A stretch of DNA of 64,000 bases from an uncultured Actinomycetes bacterium (GTDB taxonomy: Bacteria; Actinomycetota; Actinomycetes; Mycobacteriales; SCTD01). Where the stretch lies: the NCBI GenBank assembly GCA_963784675.1, contig CAWASE010000001.1, positions 28,449 through 92,448 on the forward strand. The letters are read 5' to 3'. This document shows positions 1 through 9,207 of this stretch, piece after piece; the first letter of the stretch is position 1; every line of letters begins with the position of its first letter. The position numbers and the translations under genes were made by a program. The notes below the pieces were generated by a model. That model ran no database searches. It worked only from the letters and a program-made list of their open reading frames with translations, and was not told the origin of the DNA.

Positions 1-1423
1 ACCGCAGCACCCCGGTCGTGGTCCAGTCCGCGCCCGCCCGGGTACGCGGCTCCGGCGTGCGCCACGACGGCTCCCGCGGCTCGAGGTCCGGGTGCGCGGC
101 CAGCGCGATGGCCCCCAGCAGGGAGGCGACGGCGCGCTCCACCAGGTGCAGCTCTTCGACGATGTCGTCGACACCGCCGGCCCGCTCGGCCAACCTCGCG
201 AGGCGGTCGGCGCTCTCGCGCAGGACGAGCAGCGCCGGGGCGGTGGCGCTGTCCAGGTGCGAGAGGGCCTTCGTCGTCTGCCGGGCGACGTCGGCCCGGC
301 CCGGCGCCTCCCTCGTCCGCGGGGTCGAGGGAGCGCCGGACAGCCACGCCTCGGCCTGGGCCACCAGCAGCGCGGCCAGCCGTCGCTCGGCAGGGTCGAA
401 GGACGGCGAGCGCACCCCTCGCCGGGCGCGCAGCACCGCCGCGGGGTCGTCGGGGTCGCCGAGCACGGCCACCAGGTGGGGGCCCTGCTCGTCCCGCCCG
501 TAGGCGAGCCCGCGGCTGCCGAGCGCAGAGCGCACCCAGGGCTCGTCGAACACGTCCGGCCCGACGCGTCGACGCTGCGGCGCACCGCGCGCGTCCCCCC
601 GGTAGACCACCGGACCGTCCGCGGCCAGCAGGACCAGATCGACGTCGGCGTCGCCCAGCAGCCGGGCCGCAGCTGTGACCACCACCTGCGCGGAGACGTC
701 GCGAGAGCGTCCGCCCTCCCGCTCCTGGCCGCGGGCGAGCTCGGCGAACAGCCGGACCTCGGACGCGGCGCGTCCCTGCTGGTCGGCGGAGGACCGCAGC
801 AGCGCCAGGGGCACGACGAGGGCGAGCAGGGCTGCGGGTGCCGTGACGGCGAGATGGGCGGCGAGCAGCCCGAACGACGCGCCGCCAGCGGTGTGCAGCG
901 CCGCCCGTGCAACGTCCGCGGTGCCCGCCGTCGCCGGGGGACGACCCGGCAGCAGCGGCAGCGCATCGAGCAGGTTCCGCGCGGTCCAGAAGGCCAGCAT
1001 GCCGACGCACGCGGCCGCGGCACCACCGCCCGCGGACGCGGCGAGCTGCTGGCCCACGGCCGCCGCGAGCACGAGCTGGACGACCCTGCCGACGCGCGCC
1101 GGACCGGGCGCCGCCCGCACGGCCTGCGCGAGCGCGGCGCCGGCGCCGACCGCGACGACGACCCAGGCTCCGGTGGCCAGCGCCAGCGCCGCTGCGAGTG
1201 CGACCTCCGTGAACGACAGGTTCCAGCGCTGGCGGCTCGACGCCAGCCGCACCGCTGCCAGCTCGCCGCCGGCGACCGCAGTCGCCAGGCTCGGCGCAGC
1301 CCACCAGGCGACGCCACCCCAGCCCCCGAGGGCGCAGAGCCACCCGGTCAGCGCCAGGGCCGCGCCGCCGGTCAGCAGCACGCGGACGGACGGCCCGCTC
1401 CGGAGCGGCGCGGTCAGGGTCAC
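1..1423 (-). CDS. Membrane sensor-like protein (multi-TM N-terminus plus soluble GAF-like region); C-terminal part lies outside the window
   Basis: Absent from the ORF track because its stop lies left of the window. Reverse-strand GTG at 1423 is preceded by GGAGAGGAG (1429-1437). The translation VTLTAPLRSGPSVRVLLTGGAALALTGWLCALGG... stays open to position 1 with GC-rich third positions. About five hydrophobic segments are followed by a soluble region. Divergent from a LuxR-type regulator. Confidence 0.55.
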   Translation of the reverse strand, partial: MTLTAPLRSGPSVRVLLTGGAALALTGWLCALGGWGGVAWWAAPSLATAVAGGELAAVRLASSRQRWNLSFTEVALAAALALATGAWVVVAVGAGAALAQAVRAAPGPARVGRVVQLVLAAAVGQQLAASAGGGAAAACVGMLAFWTARNLLDALPLLPGRPPATAGTADVARAALHTAGGASFGLLAAHLAVTAPAALLALVVPLALLRSSADQQGRAASEVRLFAELARGQEREGGRSRDVSAQVVVTAAARLLGDADVDLVLLAADGPVVYRGDARGAPQRRRVGPDVFDEPWVRSALGSRGLAYGRDEQGPHLVAVLGDPDDPAAVLRARRGVRSPSFDPAERRLAALLVAQAEAWLSGAPSTPRTREAPGRADVARQTTKALSHLDSATAPALLVLRESADRLARLAERAGGVDDIVEELHLVERAVASLLGAIALAAHPDLEPREPSWRTPEPRTRAGADWTTTGVLR

Positions 1424-1761
1424 GTCGCTCCTCTCCTGCGGTTGCGGCAGCACGTGGCTCGGTCCGTCCTTCTCTTCGGCCCGCCGGACCTGCCGCTGCA
1501 GGATGCAACGGGGGGATCGCCCATTCGGGCTAGCCGCGGGCCCTGCGGCTGGACGCCTGGATCAAGTCTGCGGACGCAAGCTCCTTCAGCCATCCGGTCG
1601 CTCGGCCGATGAAGGTCGCGACGGAGGGTCGAACCGCGACCGCCGAGGGGCACCATGTCCCGACACGACAGGTGGAGGACACGGTGGCAACCGGTCTCGA
1701 GCACGCGCTGGACGGCATCCCGGCCCAGGCGGCGAGCGGGGAGTCCCACGGCTTCTCCGCG

Positions 1762-2379
1762 ATGGTCGTGGACGATCACCCGCTGGTCCGCGAGTCGATG
1801 GTGGCCCGCCTGCGTCAGATGGGGGCGCGCGAGGTGGTCGAGGCCGCCACGGTCGGCGAGGCCCGGGCCCGCGCGCACGCGTCCGGTCCCCGCGAGCTCT
1901 GCGTGCTGGACCTCGGTCTGCCCGACGGTTCCGGCCTGGACCTGCTGGCCGAGCTGCGCTCTGCCGGATGGGCCCGGCTGGTCGTGCTCTCGGCGGCCGA
2001 CGACCCCTACTCGGTGCGCGCCGCCTTCGTCGCCGGCGCCCAGGGATACCTGCTCAAGTCCGCCTCGCCGCTGGTGGTCTCCGACGGCGTCCGGCGCGTG
2101 CTCGACGGCGGGGTCTACGCCGACCCGTCCGTCGCCTCCCTGCTGGCCGCGGGCCTGCGCGGAGGCCCGGTCGACTCCGGGGTGTCCGAGCTCTCCGGCC
2201 GGGAGATCGAGGTGCTGCGGCAGGTGGCCGACGGCCAGTCCAACAAGCAGATCGGCGAGCTGCTGGGCCTGTCCTCGCTCACCGTCAAGAGCCACCTGGC
2301 CCGGATCGCCCGCAAGCTCGGCACCGGTGACCGCGCCGAGATGGTGGCGATGGCCATGCGCGCGGGTGTCGTCCGCTAG
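1762..2379 (+). CDS. NarL/LuxR-family two-component response regulator
   Basis: Receiver motifs MVVDDHPLVRE...LDLGLPDGSG, and a C-terminal LuxR HTH (LSGREIEVLRQVADGQSNKQIGELLGLSSLTVKSHLARIARKLG). The ORF track starts at 1609, but the receiver domain begins at ATG 1762. Confidence 0.85.
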   Translation: MVVDDHPLVRESMVARLRQMGAREVVEAATVGEARARAHASGPRELCVLDLGLPDGSGLDLLAELRSAGWARLVVLSAADDPYSVRAAFVAGAQGYLLKSASPLVVSDGVRRVLDGGVYADPSVASLLAAGLRGGPVDSGVSELSGREIEVLRQVADGQSNKQIGELLGLSSLTVKSHLARIARKLGTGDRAEMVAMAMRAGVVR

Positions 2380-2469
2380 CAGTCTCCTCGGCGGTAGCGC
2401 GACATCGGTCCTGCCCCGTCCGCGCGCCCCCGCAGGCCGAGGCCGCCCACAGGCGTAGCCTCACGCACT

Positions 2470-3768
2470 GTGACGACGACCCTGCCGGGTCACGAGGAGG
2501 GCGTGAACGGCGACGCGACCCCCACCGACGTGGACCCGGTCACGCCTCTGCTCACCCCTCGCGACGGCGTGCCGCCGGTCGTCACGACCGGTCCTGCGCT
2601 GGCCGAGCTGGTCGCGCGCTTCGCCGCCGGCACGGGTCCGGTCGCCGTCGACGCCGAGCGCGCCTCGGGCTACCGCTACTCCCAGCGCGCGTACCTGGTG
2701 CAGCTGCGTCGCGCCGGGGCCGGCTCTGCCCTGATCGACCCGATCGGCTGCCCGGACCTGTCGCCGCTGTCGGACGTCCTGCAGGACGACCCCTGGATCC
2801 TGCACGCCGCCAACCAGGACCTCGCGTGCCTGGCCGAGGTCGGGCTGGTGCCGCCCAGGGTGTTCGACACCGAGCTGGCCGGGCGGCTGGCCGGCTTCGA
2901 GCGGGTCGGGCTCGGAGCCATGGTCGAGAACGTGCTGGGCCTGCGGCTGGAGAAGGGCCACTCTGCCGCCGACTGGTCGACCCGACCGCTGCCGGAGTCG
3001 TGGCTGGTCTATGCCGCGCTCGACGTGGAGGTGCTGCTCGAGCTGCACGCCGCGCTGGAGCAGGAGCTGCGCAGCCAGGGCAAGCTCGAGCTGGCCCTGG
3101 AGGAGTTCGAGGCCGTCCGCCTCGCTCCCCCGCCCCCGCCGCGGGTCGAGCCCTGGCGGCGCACCTCCGGCATCCACCGGATGCGTCAGCCCCGACAGCT
3201 CGCCGCCGTGCGGGCCCTGTGGGAGGTCCGCGACGCGATGGCGCGGCGGCGCGACATCGCTCCGGGACGGATCCTGCCGGACTCGGCGATCGTCGCTGCC
3301 GTCATCGCAGCGCCGACCAGCCCGCAGGCGATGCTCGAGCTGCCGGTGTTCGGAGGCCGCGCGACCCGGCGCCACGTCGACACCTGGTTCGGCGCGCTGC
3401 AGGCGGCAGCGGCCCTGCCGGAGCAGGATCTGCCCGCGCCTGCCGCCCCCGGGGACGCACCCCCCGCCGCCAACCGGTGGGCCGAGCGCGACCCGGTGGC
3501 GGCCAAGCGGCTGGCCCGCGCCCGGGGCGTCGTCGGCGCGCTCGCCGAGCAGCTGCGGATGCCGCCGGAGAACCTCGTCCAGCCGGAGGCGGTACGCCGG
3601 CTGACGTGGCACCCGCCGGATGAACCGACCGTGCAGGCCGTCGCGGCGGCGCTGGTCGCCGCCGGCGCGCGGAGCTGGCAGGTGCAGATCGTCGCCGCGC
3701 CGCTGGCCGAGGTGCTTCCCGACCCGGTGCCCGACGCCGTCGCGGAACCGGACGGAGACGCGCCCTGA
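2470..3768 (+). CDS. rnd: Ribonuclease D (3'-5' exonuclease plus HRDC domain)
   Basis: DEDD exonuclease motifs: VAVDAERASGYRYSQRAYLVQL, HAANQDLACL, ADWSTRPLPESWLVYAALDVEVLLEL. Position next to dxs as in other actinobacteria. Confidence 0.85.
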   Translation: MTTTLPGHEEGVNGDATPTDVDPVTPLLTPRDGVPPVVTTGPALAELVARFAAGTGPVAVDAERASGYRYSQRAYLVQLRRAGAGSALIDPIGCPDLSPLSDVLQDDPWILHAANQDLACLAEVGLVPPRVFDTELAGRLAGFERVGLGAMVENVLGLRLEKGHSAADWSTRPLPESWLVYAALDVEVLLELHAALEQELRSQGKLELALEEFEAVRLAPPPPPRVEPWRRTSGIHRMRQPRQLAAVRALWEVRDAMARRRDIAPGRILPDSAIVAAVIAAPTSPQAMLELPVFGGRATRRHVDTWFGALQAAAALPEQDLPAPAAPGDAPPAANRWAERDPVAAKRLARARGVVGALAEQLRMPPENLVQPEAVRRLTWHPPDEPTVQAVAAALVAAGARSWQVQIVAAPLAEVLPDPVPDAVAEPDGDAP

Positions 3769-3794
3769 CCGGAGTCCTGCGCACCGAGCGGCTG

Positions 3795-4277
3795 GTGCTC
3801 CGGCCGTTGACCGCGGAGCTCGCGGCGGCACTGCTCGCGGGCACCTCCTCGACGCCGGCTGCCCCTGGCTTTCCCACCGACGACGACGCCAGCGTGCTCG
3901 CGCTGGTAGCCGGCGGCGACGGTGGGCAGACCTATGTGATCGAGCACGACGGCCACAGCAGCGGGACGCTCGGCGTCGCCGGGGCCGTCGATCCGGACGG
4001 CGCCCAGGAGATCGGCTACGGCCTGGTCGCCGGCGCGCGCGGCAAGGGCCTCGGCACCGAGGCGGTCGCCGCGCTGTGCAGCGTCCTGGAGCGTCGTCCC
4101 GGCACCCGGCTGCTCACGGCGCAGGCGCTCGTCAGCAACGAGGCGTCCCTGCGGCTGCTCGCCCGGCTCGGCTTCGTCGAGATCGGTGAGGCCGCCGAGG
4201 GACACCGTCGGCTGGCTCGCGCCTGTCCGGGCTCGCCGGCCCCCCGAGCCCGTCTGCGCGGCCGCCACGTCTGCTGA
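3795..4277 (+). CDS. GNAT family N-acetyltransferase
   Basis: RimJ/RimL-like N-terminus (TERLVLRPLT) and acetyl-CoA site (GARGKGLGTEAV...NEASLRLLARLGF). The conserved LRTERL residues lie upstream of the first canonical start (GTG 3795), so the true start may be non-canonical (CTG 3777). Confidence 0.7.
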   Translation: MLRPLTAELAAALLAGTSSTPAAPGFPTDDDASVLALVAGGDGGQTYVIEHDGHSSGTLGVAGAVDPDGAQEIGYGLVAGARGKGLGTEAVAALCSVLERRPGTRLLTAQALVSNEASLRLLARLGFVEIGEAAEGHRRLARACPGSPAPRARLRGRHVC

Positions 4278-4302
4278 GGGCGCAGTCGCGTCCCGTTCAT
4301 GA

Positions 4303-5490
4303 CTAGGGCAGGTGGTCCGCGGCGACGGGCAGGTCGACGGTGACGGTGAGGCCTCCGCCGGGCCTCGCTGCGGCCACCGCGGTGCCTCCGTGCACCTCGG
4401 CGACGGCCCGCACGATGGCCAGGCCCAGGCCGGCACCGCGACGGGCGGTACGCGCGACCCCGTGCCGTCGGAACGGCTCGAACAGCGTCCCGACCTGTTC
4501 CGGCGGCACGACCGGTCCGGAGCTGGACACCTCCAGCCGGGCCCGGTCGCCGACGGTGCCGGTGTCGACCCGGATCCAGCCCCCGTGGTGGTTGTGCCGG
4601 GCCGCGTTCTCGACCAGGTTGCCGGCCAGCCGCTCCAGCAGGCCGCGGTCGCCGAGCACGGTGGCGGCGGCGTAGGAGGTCGCGACCTGCAGGTGCTGCT
4701 CGGACACTTCGGACGCGACGGCCGTCACTGCCTGGCGGGCGATCTCGGACAGCCCGACGGCCTCGCGCAGCGGCAGCCCGTCGAGCTGCAGGCGGTCGCT
4801 GCGTGCCAGCAGCAGCAGGCTGTCCACGAGCCGGTCCGCGCGGATGCTGGCGTCCCGCACCACCTCGGCGGCGGTGCGCAGGTCGTGCGCCGAGGCGTCC
4901 GGATCGGCCAGGGCCACCTCGATCTCGGTACGCATGACCGCCAGCGGCGTCCGCAGCTCGTGGCTGGCATCGGCCACGAACCGTCGTTGCCCTTCGAAGG
5001 ACGCCTGCAGCCGCCCGAGCATGTCGTCGAAGGTGTCGGCCAGCCGCTTGAGCTCGTCCTGGGGACCGGCGAGATCGATCCGGGCGTCCAGCCGCTCCGC
5101 CGACAGCCGCTGCGCCGCGGCGGTGATGTCCTGCAGCGGTCGCAGCACGCGTCCGGCGAGCAGGTAGGCGACGACCACCCCGCCGGCGCCGAGCAGCAGC
5201 AGCGCGAGCAGCCCTTGCCGCAGCACGCGTCCCATCGCCTCGGCACGCAGCTGGTCCTGGAACTCGCCGAACGTGAGGATCTCCCCTGACGGCAGGCTCA
5301 CCCCGACCGTGCGGCTGTTGCTGAAGTCGACCGACAGCGCCCGCTGCACCAGCACCAGCGACAGCACGAGCAGCAGCAGCCCGACGGCGATCGAGACGGC
5401 GCCGTAGACGATCGTCAGACGCCAGCGCAGGGTCGTGCGGGACGCGTTGGTGACCACGCTCGGTCCCGGTGGCGCCTCGGCGGCGCTCAC
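4303..5490 (-). CDS. Sensor histidine kinase (2 TM, HAMP, HisKA, HATPase_c)
   Basis: H-box FVADASHELRTPL, N-box NLVENAARHN, G-boxes GAGLGLAIV. GTG 5490 overlaps the stop of the upstream regulator (GTGA). Confidence 0.85.
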   Translation of the reverse strand: MSAAEAPPGPSVVTNASRTTLRWRLTIVYGAVSIAVGLLLLVLSLVLVQRALSVDFSNSRTVGVSLPSGEILTFGEFQDQLRAEAMGRVLRQGLLALLLLGAGGVVVAYLLAGRVLRPLQDITAAAQRLSAERLDARIDLAGPQDELKRLADTFDDMLGRLQASFEGQRRFVADASHELRTPLAVMRTEIEVALADPDASAHDLRTAAEVVRDASIRADRLVDSLLLLARSDRLQLDGLPLREAVGLSEIARQAVTAVASEVSEQHLQVATSYAAATVLGDRGLLERLAGNLVENAARHNHHGGWIRVDTGTVGDRARLEVSSSGPVVPPEQVGTLFEPFRRHGVARTARRGAGLGLAIVRAVAEVHGGTAVAAARPGGGLTVTVDLPVAADHLP

Positions 5491-6152
5491 CGGTCGCCGA
5501 GCCGGTAACCGGAGCCGACGACCGTGTGCACCACCCGCGGCTCCCCGAGCTTCTTGCGCAACGTCATGACGGTGACCCGGACGGTGGTGGTGAACGGGTC
5601 GGCGAACTCGTCCCAGACCCGCTCGAGCAGCTCCTCCCCCGACACGACCGCGCCCTCGGCCTGCAGCAGGACCTCCAGCACCCCCAGCTCCTTCTTGGTC
5701 AGCTGGAGGTCGGCGCCGTGCCGGTGCGCGCTGCGCCGCGCCGGGTCGACGACGATGCCGTCGGGACCGTGCAGCACCGGGGGCTGGGCCGGGGTGGCGC
5801 GGCGTCCGAGCGCCCGCACCCGGGCGACCAGCTCGGTGAACGCGAAGGGCTTGCCGAGGTAGTCGTCGGCACCGAGCTCCAGCCCGGCGACGCGGTCCTC
5901 CAGCGTGCCGGCCGCCGTGAGCATCAGGACGCGGGTGAGCGAGCCTTCGCGGGCGAGCCGTCGGCAGATGTCGTCCCCGGAACGCCCGGGAAGGTCCCGG
6001 TCCAGGACCAGCACGTCGTAGCGGGTGACCATCGCCTTCTCCAGGCCCAGCTCGCCGTCGTAGGCGATGTCGACCGCCATGCCTTCGCGCCGCAGCCCCC
6101 GGGCCACCGCATCGGCCAGCGGCACCTCGTCCTCGACCACCAGAACCCGCAT
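5487..6152 (-). CDS. OmpR/PhoB-family response regulator
   Basis: MRVLVVEDEVPLA...VLVLDRDLPGRSGDD receiver, and a winged-helix C-terminus (LTKKELGVLEVLL...VVGSGYRL). ATG 6152 chosen; the ORF track extension to 6242 is not receiver-like. Confidence 0.85.
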   Translation of the reverse strand: MRVLVVEDEVPLADAVARGLRREGMAVDIAYDGELGLEKAMVTRYDVLVLDRDLPGRSGDDICRRLAREGSLTRVLMLTAAGTLEDRVAGLELGADDYLGKPFAFTELVARVRALGRRATPAQPPVLHGPDGIVVDPARRSAHRHGADLQLTKKELGVLEVLLQAEGAVVSGEELLERVWDEFADPFTTTVRVTVMTLRKKLGEPRVVHTVVGSGYRLGDR

Positions 6153-6232
6153 CACGCCGACGCTAGAGCACGACGCAGCATCACCCTGCTGGCCGAGCGC
6201 CAGCGCCGGTCCACCGGGGTACGGTCCGTCTC

Positions 6233-7078
6233 GTGACGCCACCCTCGCTCTTGGAACTGCGTCGCGCGACCCTTGCGGTCTCGGTCCTGTCCGACGTCGA
6301 CCTCGAGCCGGCCGACGACGGGGTGCTGCTCACCGGCCAGCCTCAGGTCTGGGTGTCGTGGACGGAATGCCGTCGCGCGCTGGCCGGGCACGTCCCGGAG
6401 AGCGCCGACGGACGCGCCCGCCTGACCGACTGGTTGATGGTGCGCCGGTGGTGCGCCGATGCCGGGCCGGCGGTGGTCGCGGCCTCGCTGCGTCCGGTCG
6501 GGCTGCCCGTCGACCACGTCAGCCACCCTGGGCTCGACTGGGTGCGCGAGCGGGTCCTCGGCGATGCGCTCGACCTCGGCCTCGGTGCCGTCGGCCTCGA
6601 CCCGGAGGAAGCGGACCGCGTCGTCCTGCTGCCCACCTCGGCGCTGGACGCGATGGGTCTGGACGCCGACGTGCTGTGGCTCGCGGTGCGCGAGCGGCTC
6701 GAGGACCTCGGCGCGATGGCCGCCGAGCGCGCGCTGCGTGACCCCAAGGGCGTCCTGCGCACCTTCGGCGACTGCGACGCCCTGACGCTGCTCGGGGCCC
6801 GCAGCCTCCGGACTGCGCTCGCGCAGGAGGCTGGTGGTCTGGCGGCGGCGGTCGTCCCGATGCGCAGTCGCGGCTGGACGCGGCTGGCCCAGATCGACCC
6901 GGCCTTCGGACCTGCGGCGGCAGCAGCCACGGTGGCTGCCGACCGCGGCTTCACACGTCCGCTGCTGCTCACGGCGGACGAGGTCTCGCTCGTGCCGGCC
7001 GGCGGACGCGCGCAGCAGGTCGTCCTGCGCGATCCGGTGCCGGCCACCCCGTGGCTGCGGGACGTCCTCTACCGCTGA
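6233..7078 (+). CDS. Conserved hypothetical protein
   Basis: 281-aa ORF with balanced Asp/Glu/Leu/Val composition and GC-rich third positions. The competing reverse ORF (6343-7047) is Ser/Arg/Thr-rich and looks like a high-GC artefact. No recognisable motif. Confidence 0.55.
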   Translation: MTPPSLLELRRATLAVSVLSDVDLEPADDGVLLTGQPQVWVSWTECRRALAGHVPESADGRARLTDWLMVRRWCADAGPAVVAASLRPVGLPVDHVSHPGLDWVRERVLGDALDLGLGAVGLDPEEADRVVLLPTSALDAMGLDADVLWLAVRERLEDLGAMAAERALRDPKGVLRTFGDCDALTLLGARSLRTALAQEAGGLAAAVVPMRSRGWTRLAQIDPAFGPAAAAATVAADRGFTRPLLLTADEVSLVPAGGRAQQVVLRDPVPATPWLRDVLYR

Positions 7079-7334
7079 CGGCGGTCGGGCTCCTGCGTCG
7101 TCGCTGAGTGCGGCGTGTCCCCGTGCCTTGCACTCACGAGGCCGCGGACGGCGCCGAACGCTACAGGCCGGCTCGGGCTGCGCGTCCCGTCTGACGCGGC
7201 TCCTGCTCCGGCTGCCGGGGCGGGATTGGCTGTTGCGTGGGATGCGCCCAGGCCTCCGCCCGTGAGCGCAGGACGGTGTCGTGGTCCTTGCTTCAGTCCC
7301 GCGGTGGACGACCGATCTTGTCGGTGGCCGGTTC

Positions 7335-7340
7335 TAGGTT
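7335..7340 (+). promoter_or_regulatory. Putative -10 element (TAGGTT) placed for a leaderless transcript starting at ATG 7347
   Basis: TAGGTT, then a 6-nt spacer, then ATG. No Shine-Dalgarno sequence lies between them. The second DUF222 gene (53536) has the same geometry. Confidence 0.3.
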
Positions 7341-7346
7341 GGCGTC

Positions 7347-9176
7347 ATGGGAGCAGGCGGGCGCCGGTTGGATGTTGCGGCGTTGGATGCTGCGTTGTCG
7401 GCGTTGGAGCGGTCGGGGTTGGATCGGCATGCGCTGCATGCGCGGACGTTGCGGGAGGTGCTGGAGCTGCATCGGGTGCATGTGGCGGCGGGGTGGGAGA
7501 TCGTCACGACGTCGCAGCTCGCGATGGCTCGGCAGGTGTCGGAGGATGTCGCGGCGGAGCTGTTGGGGCAGGCGCTGCTGCTGTCGTCGCTGGAGGCGGG
7601 GTTGGACTCGTTGGCCTGCGGGGTGGTGACGACGGAGCAGGCGGGGGTGCTGGCGCGGGCGTTGCTGGGCTTGGACGCTGGCGTGCAGGCGGGGGTGTGG
7701 GTGAAGGTCCTGGGCCGGTTGCGGGCGGCGCGGGTGTCGGGGGAGGTGGTGTCGCCGGCGCGGTTGGCGGCGCTGGTGGCGGGGTGGGTGATCGAGGCGG
7801 ATCCGGTGGAGGCGGAGCAGCGCCGGCAGCGGGCCGAGCAGGCGGCGCAGGTGCAGTACCGCCGGCGGCAGGACGGTTTGGTGGACTTGTTCGCGTTGGG
7901 GATCTCGGGGGTGAACGGGCGGGCGGTGCTGAGCCGGATCCGCCAGCGGTCGCAGCCGTGGGGTGCTGGCGATGACCGTCCTGTGGGCAGGCGCAGGTTG
8001 GACGCTCTCGTTGATCTGCTGCTGGGTCGGGATCAGCTGCCGCTGGACGGGGAGACCGGGGGCAGCTGCTGTCCGTGCCGGCTGACAGGAGTACCCCGGC
8101 AGGCAGCCGCGTGCGGGTGCTTGCCGGGTTCGCCGGCGCCGTGCGGGGTGCAGGTGAGCGTCCTGGTGCCGATCGGCGCCGGGCTCGGCACGACGGACGA
8201 GCTCGCGATGCTCGTCGGGCACGGTCCGTTGGACCGTGGACAGCTGCTGGACGTCCTGGCGAGCGCACCGGTGCTGCGGAGCGTGTGGGTCGACGAGCAC
8301 GGCACTCCCGTCAGTGAAGGCCGGGTGGAGCGTCCTGGCCGGGGGGATCTCGCCGGTGTCCGGCAGGCGCTGCTGCGCCTGCAGGATGCGACGCCGCCGG
8401 ACCGGCGGGAGCCGCGTCATCCGCTGGACCACCCACCCCCTCCGACCGCACCTCCACGTCGACCGCGGCAGAGGGACGTTGCGGAGCAGAACGAGCAGGA
8501 GGCGGCCGCTGGGCGTCCGCGAACACGCCTGCGCCGTCGCCGACGGTCAGAGCCGCCTGCTAGCGCTCATCCGCCGGACACGCCGGGGCCCTATCGGGTC
8601 GGGGCGGGTTTGCGACGCCTGCTGGAGGTTCGGGCGCCGCGGTGTGAGTGGCCGGCGTGCGGCGCCGCCTCGTCCAGGTGCGATGTGGATCATGATGTGG
8701 CGTGGCCGATCGGGGCGACGTGCGGCTGCAACCTCGGGCCGTTGTGCCGCCGTCATCATCGGCTCAAGCACCTGCTGCTCCACGGCCAGCCGCTCATGCG
8801 CAAGCAACGCCTGCCGGGCAACAAAGTCCGCTGGACCGACCCGACCGGCCGGGTCTTCACCTGCCCGAGCCAGCACCCGCCGCCCGCCGACACGCTGCGG
8901 CCACCGCCGCCCCTCCAGGCGCCGGTACCGGGCGACTGCACGCTCAGCGACGAAGACCTCGCCGAACAGCTGTGGCTGCTGGACCACGACGGCCAGGACC
9001 ACGACGGCCAGGACCGCACCGCCGACGGGCTCCCGTGGATGCCTACGACCCCGGACCCGCTGGACCAACCGCGAACCGACCAGGACGCGCTCGGCGAGCG
9101 CCTCCTGCTCGACCAGCGCTGGGGCTACGAGCTCGACAACCCCTACCTCTGGCTCCCGACGCCCGCCGCTGGCTGA
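7347..9176 (+). CDS. DUF222 / HNH endonuclease family protein (13E12-repeat type)
   Basis: HNH signature RCEWPACGAASSRCDVDHDVAWPIGATCGCNLGPLCRRHHRLKH near the C-terminus, with a long helical DUF222-like N-terminal region. Codon usage differs from neighbouring genes. Confidence 0.8.
   Translation: MGAGGRRLDVAALDAALSALERSGLDRHALHARTLREVLELHRVHVAAGWEIVTTSQLAMARQVSEDVAAELLGQALLLSSLEAGLDSLACGVVTTEQAGVLARALLGLDAGVQAGVWVKVLGRLRAARVSGEVVSPARLAALVAGWVIEADPVEAEQRRQRAEQAAQVQYRRRQDGLVDLFALGISGVNGRAVLSRIRQRSQPWGAGDDRPVGRRRLDALVDLLLGRDQLPLDGETGGSCCPCRLTGVPRQAAACGCLPGSPAPCGVQVSVLVPIGAGLGTTDELAMLVGHGPLDRGQLLDVLASAPVLRSVWVDEHGTPVSEGRVERPGRGDLAGVRQALLRLQDATPPDRREPRHPLDHPPPPTAPPRRPRQRDVAEQNEQEAAAGRPRTRLRRRRRSEPPASAHPPDTPGPYRVGAGLRRLLEVRAPRCEWPACGAASSRCDVDHDVAWPIGATCGCNLGPLCRRHHRLKHLLLHGQPLMRKQRLPGNKVRWTDPTGRVFTCPSQHPPPADTLRPPPPLQAPVPGDCTLSDEDLAEQLWLLDHDGQDHDGQDRTADGLPWMPTTPDPLDQPRTDQDALGERLLLDQRWGYELDNPYLWLPTPAAG
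8982..9011 (+). repeat. Perfect 15-bp x2 in-frame tandem duplication (HDGQD HDGQD)
   Basis: gaccacgacggccag occurs twice back to back inside the C-terminal tail of the HNH gene. Confidence 0.9.
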
Positions 9177-9207
9177 ACCGGCGCATAAGGGTTCGGGCAG
9201 CGTCCCG

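Noticed and set aside
1605-1650. A tRNA-like fragment (GGTTCGACC on the reverse strand, and ...GGGGCACCA on the forward strand).
   Set aside because: I could not fold a cloverleaf. The bases flanking the T-loop-like sequence do not pair as a T-stem (CGCGG against CTCCG). No acceptor, D or anticodon arms are evident. At most it is a remnant or a coincidental hairpin.
7115-7975. A Gly/Ala/Val-rich ORF that superficially resembles PE-PGRS or glycine-rich repeat proteins.
   Set aside because: It is the +1 frame of the strongly G-rich 5' half of the DUF222/HNH gene. The HNH frame has the recognisable family sequence and a sensible start.
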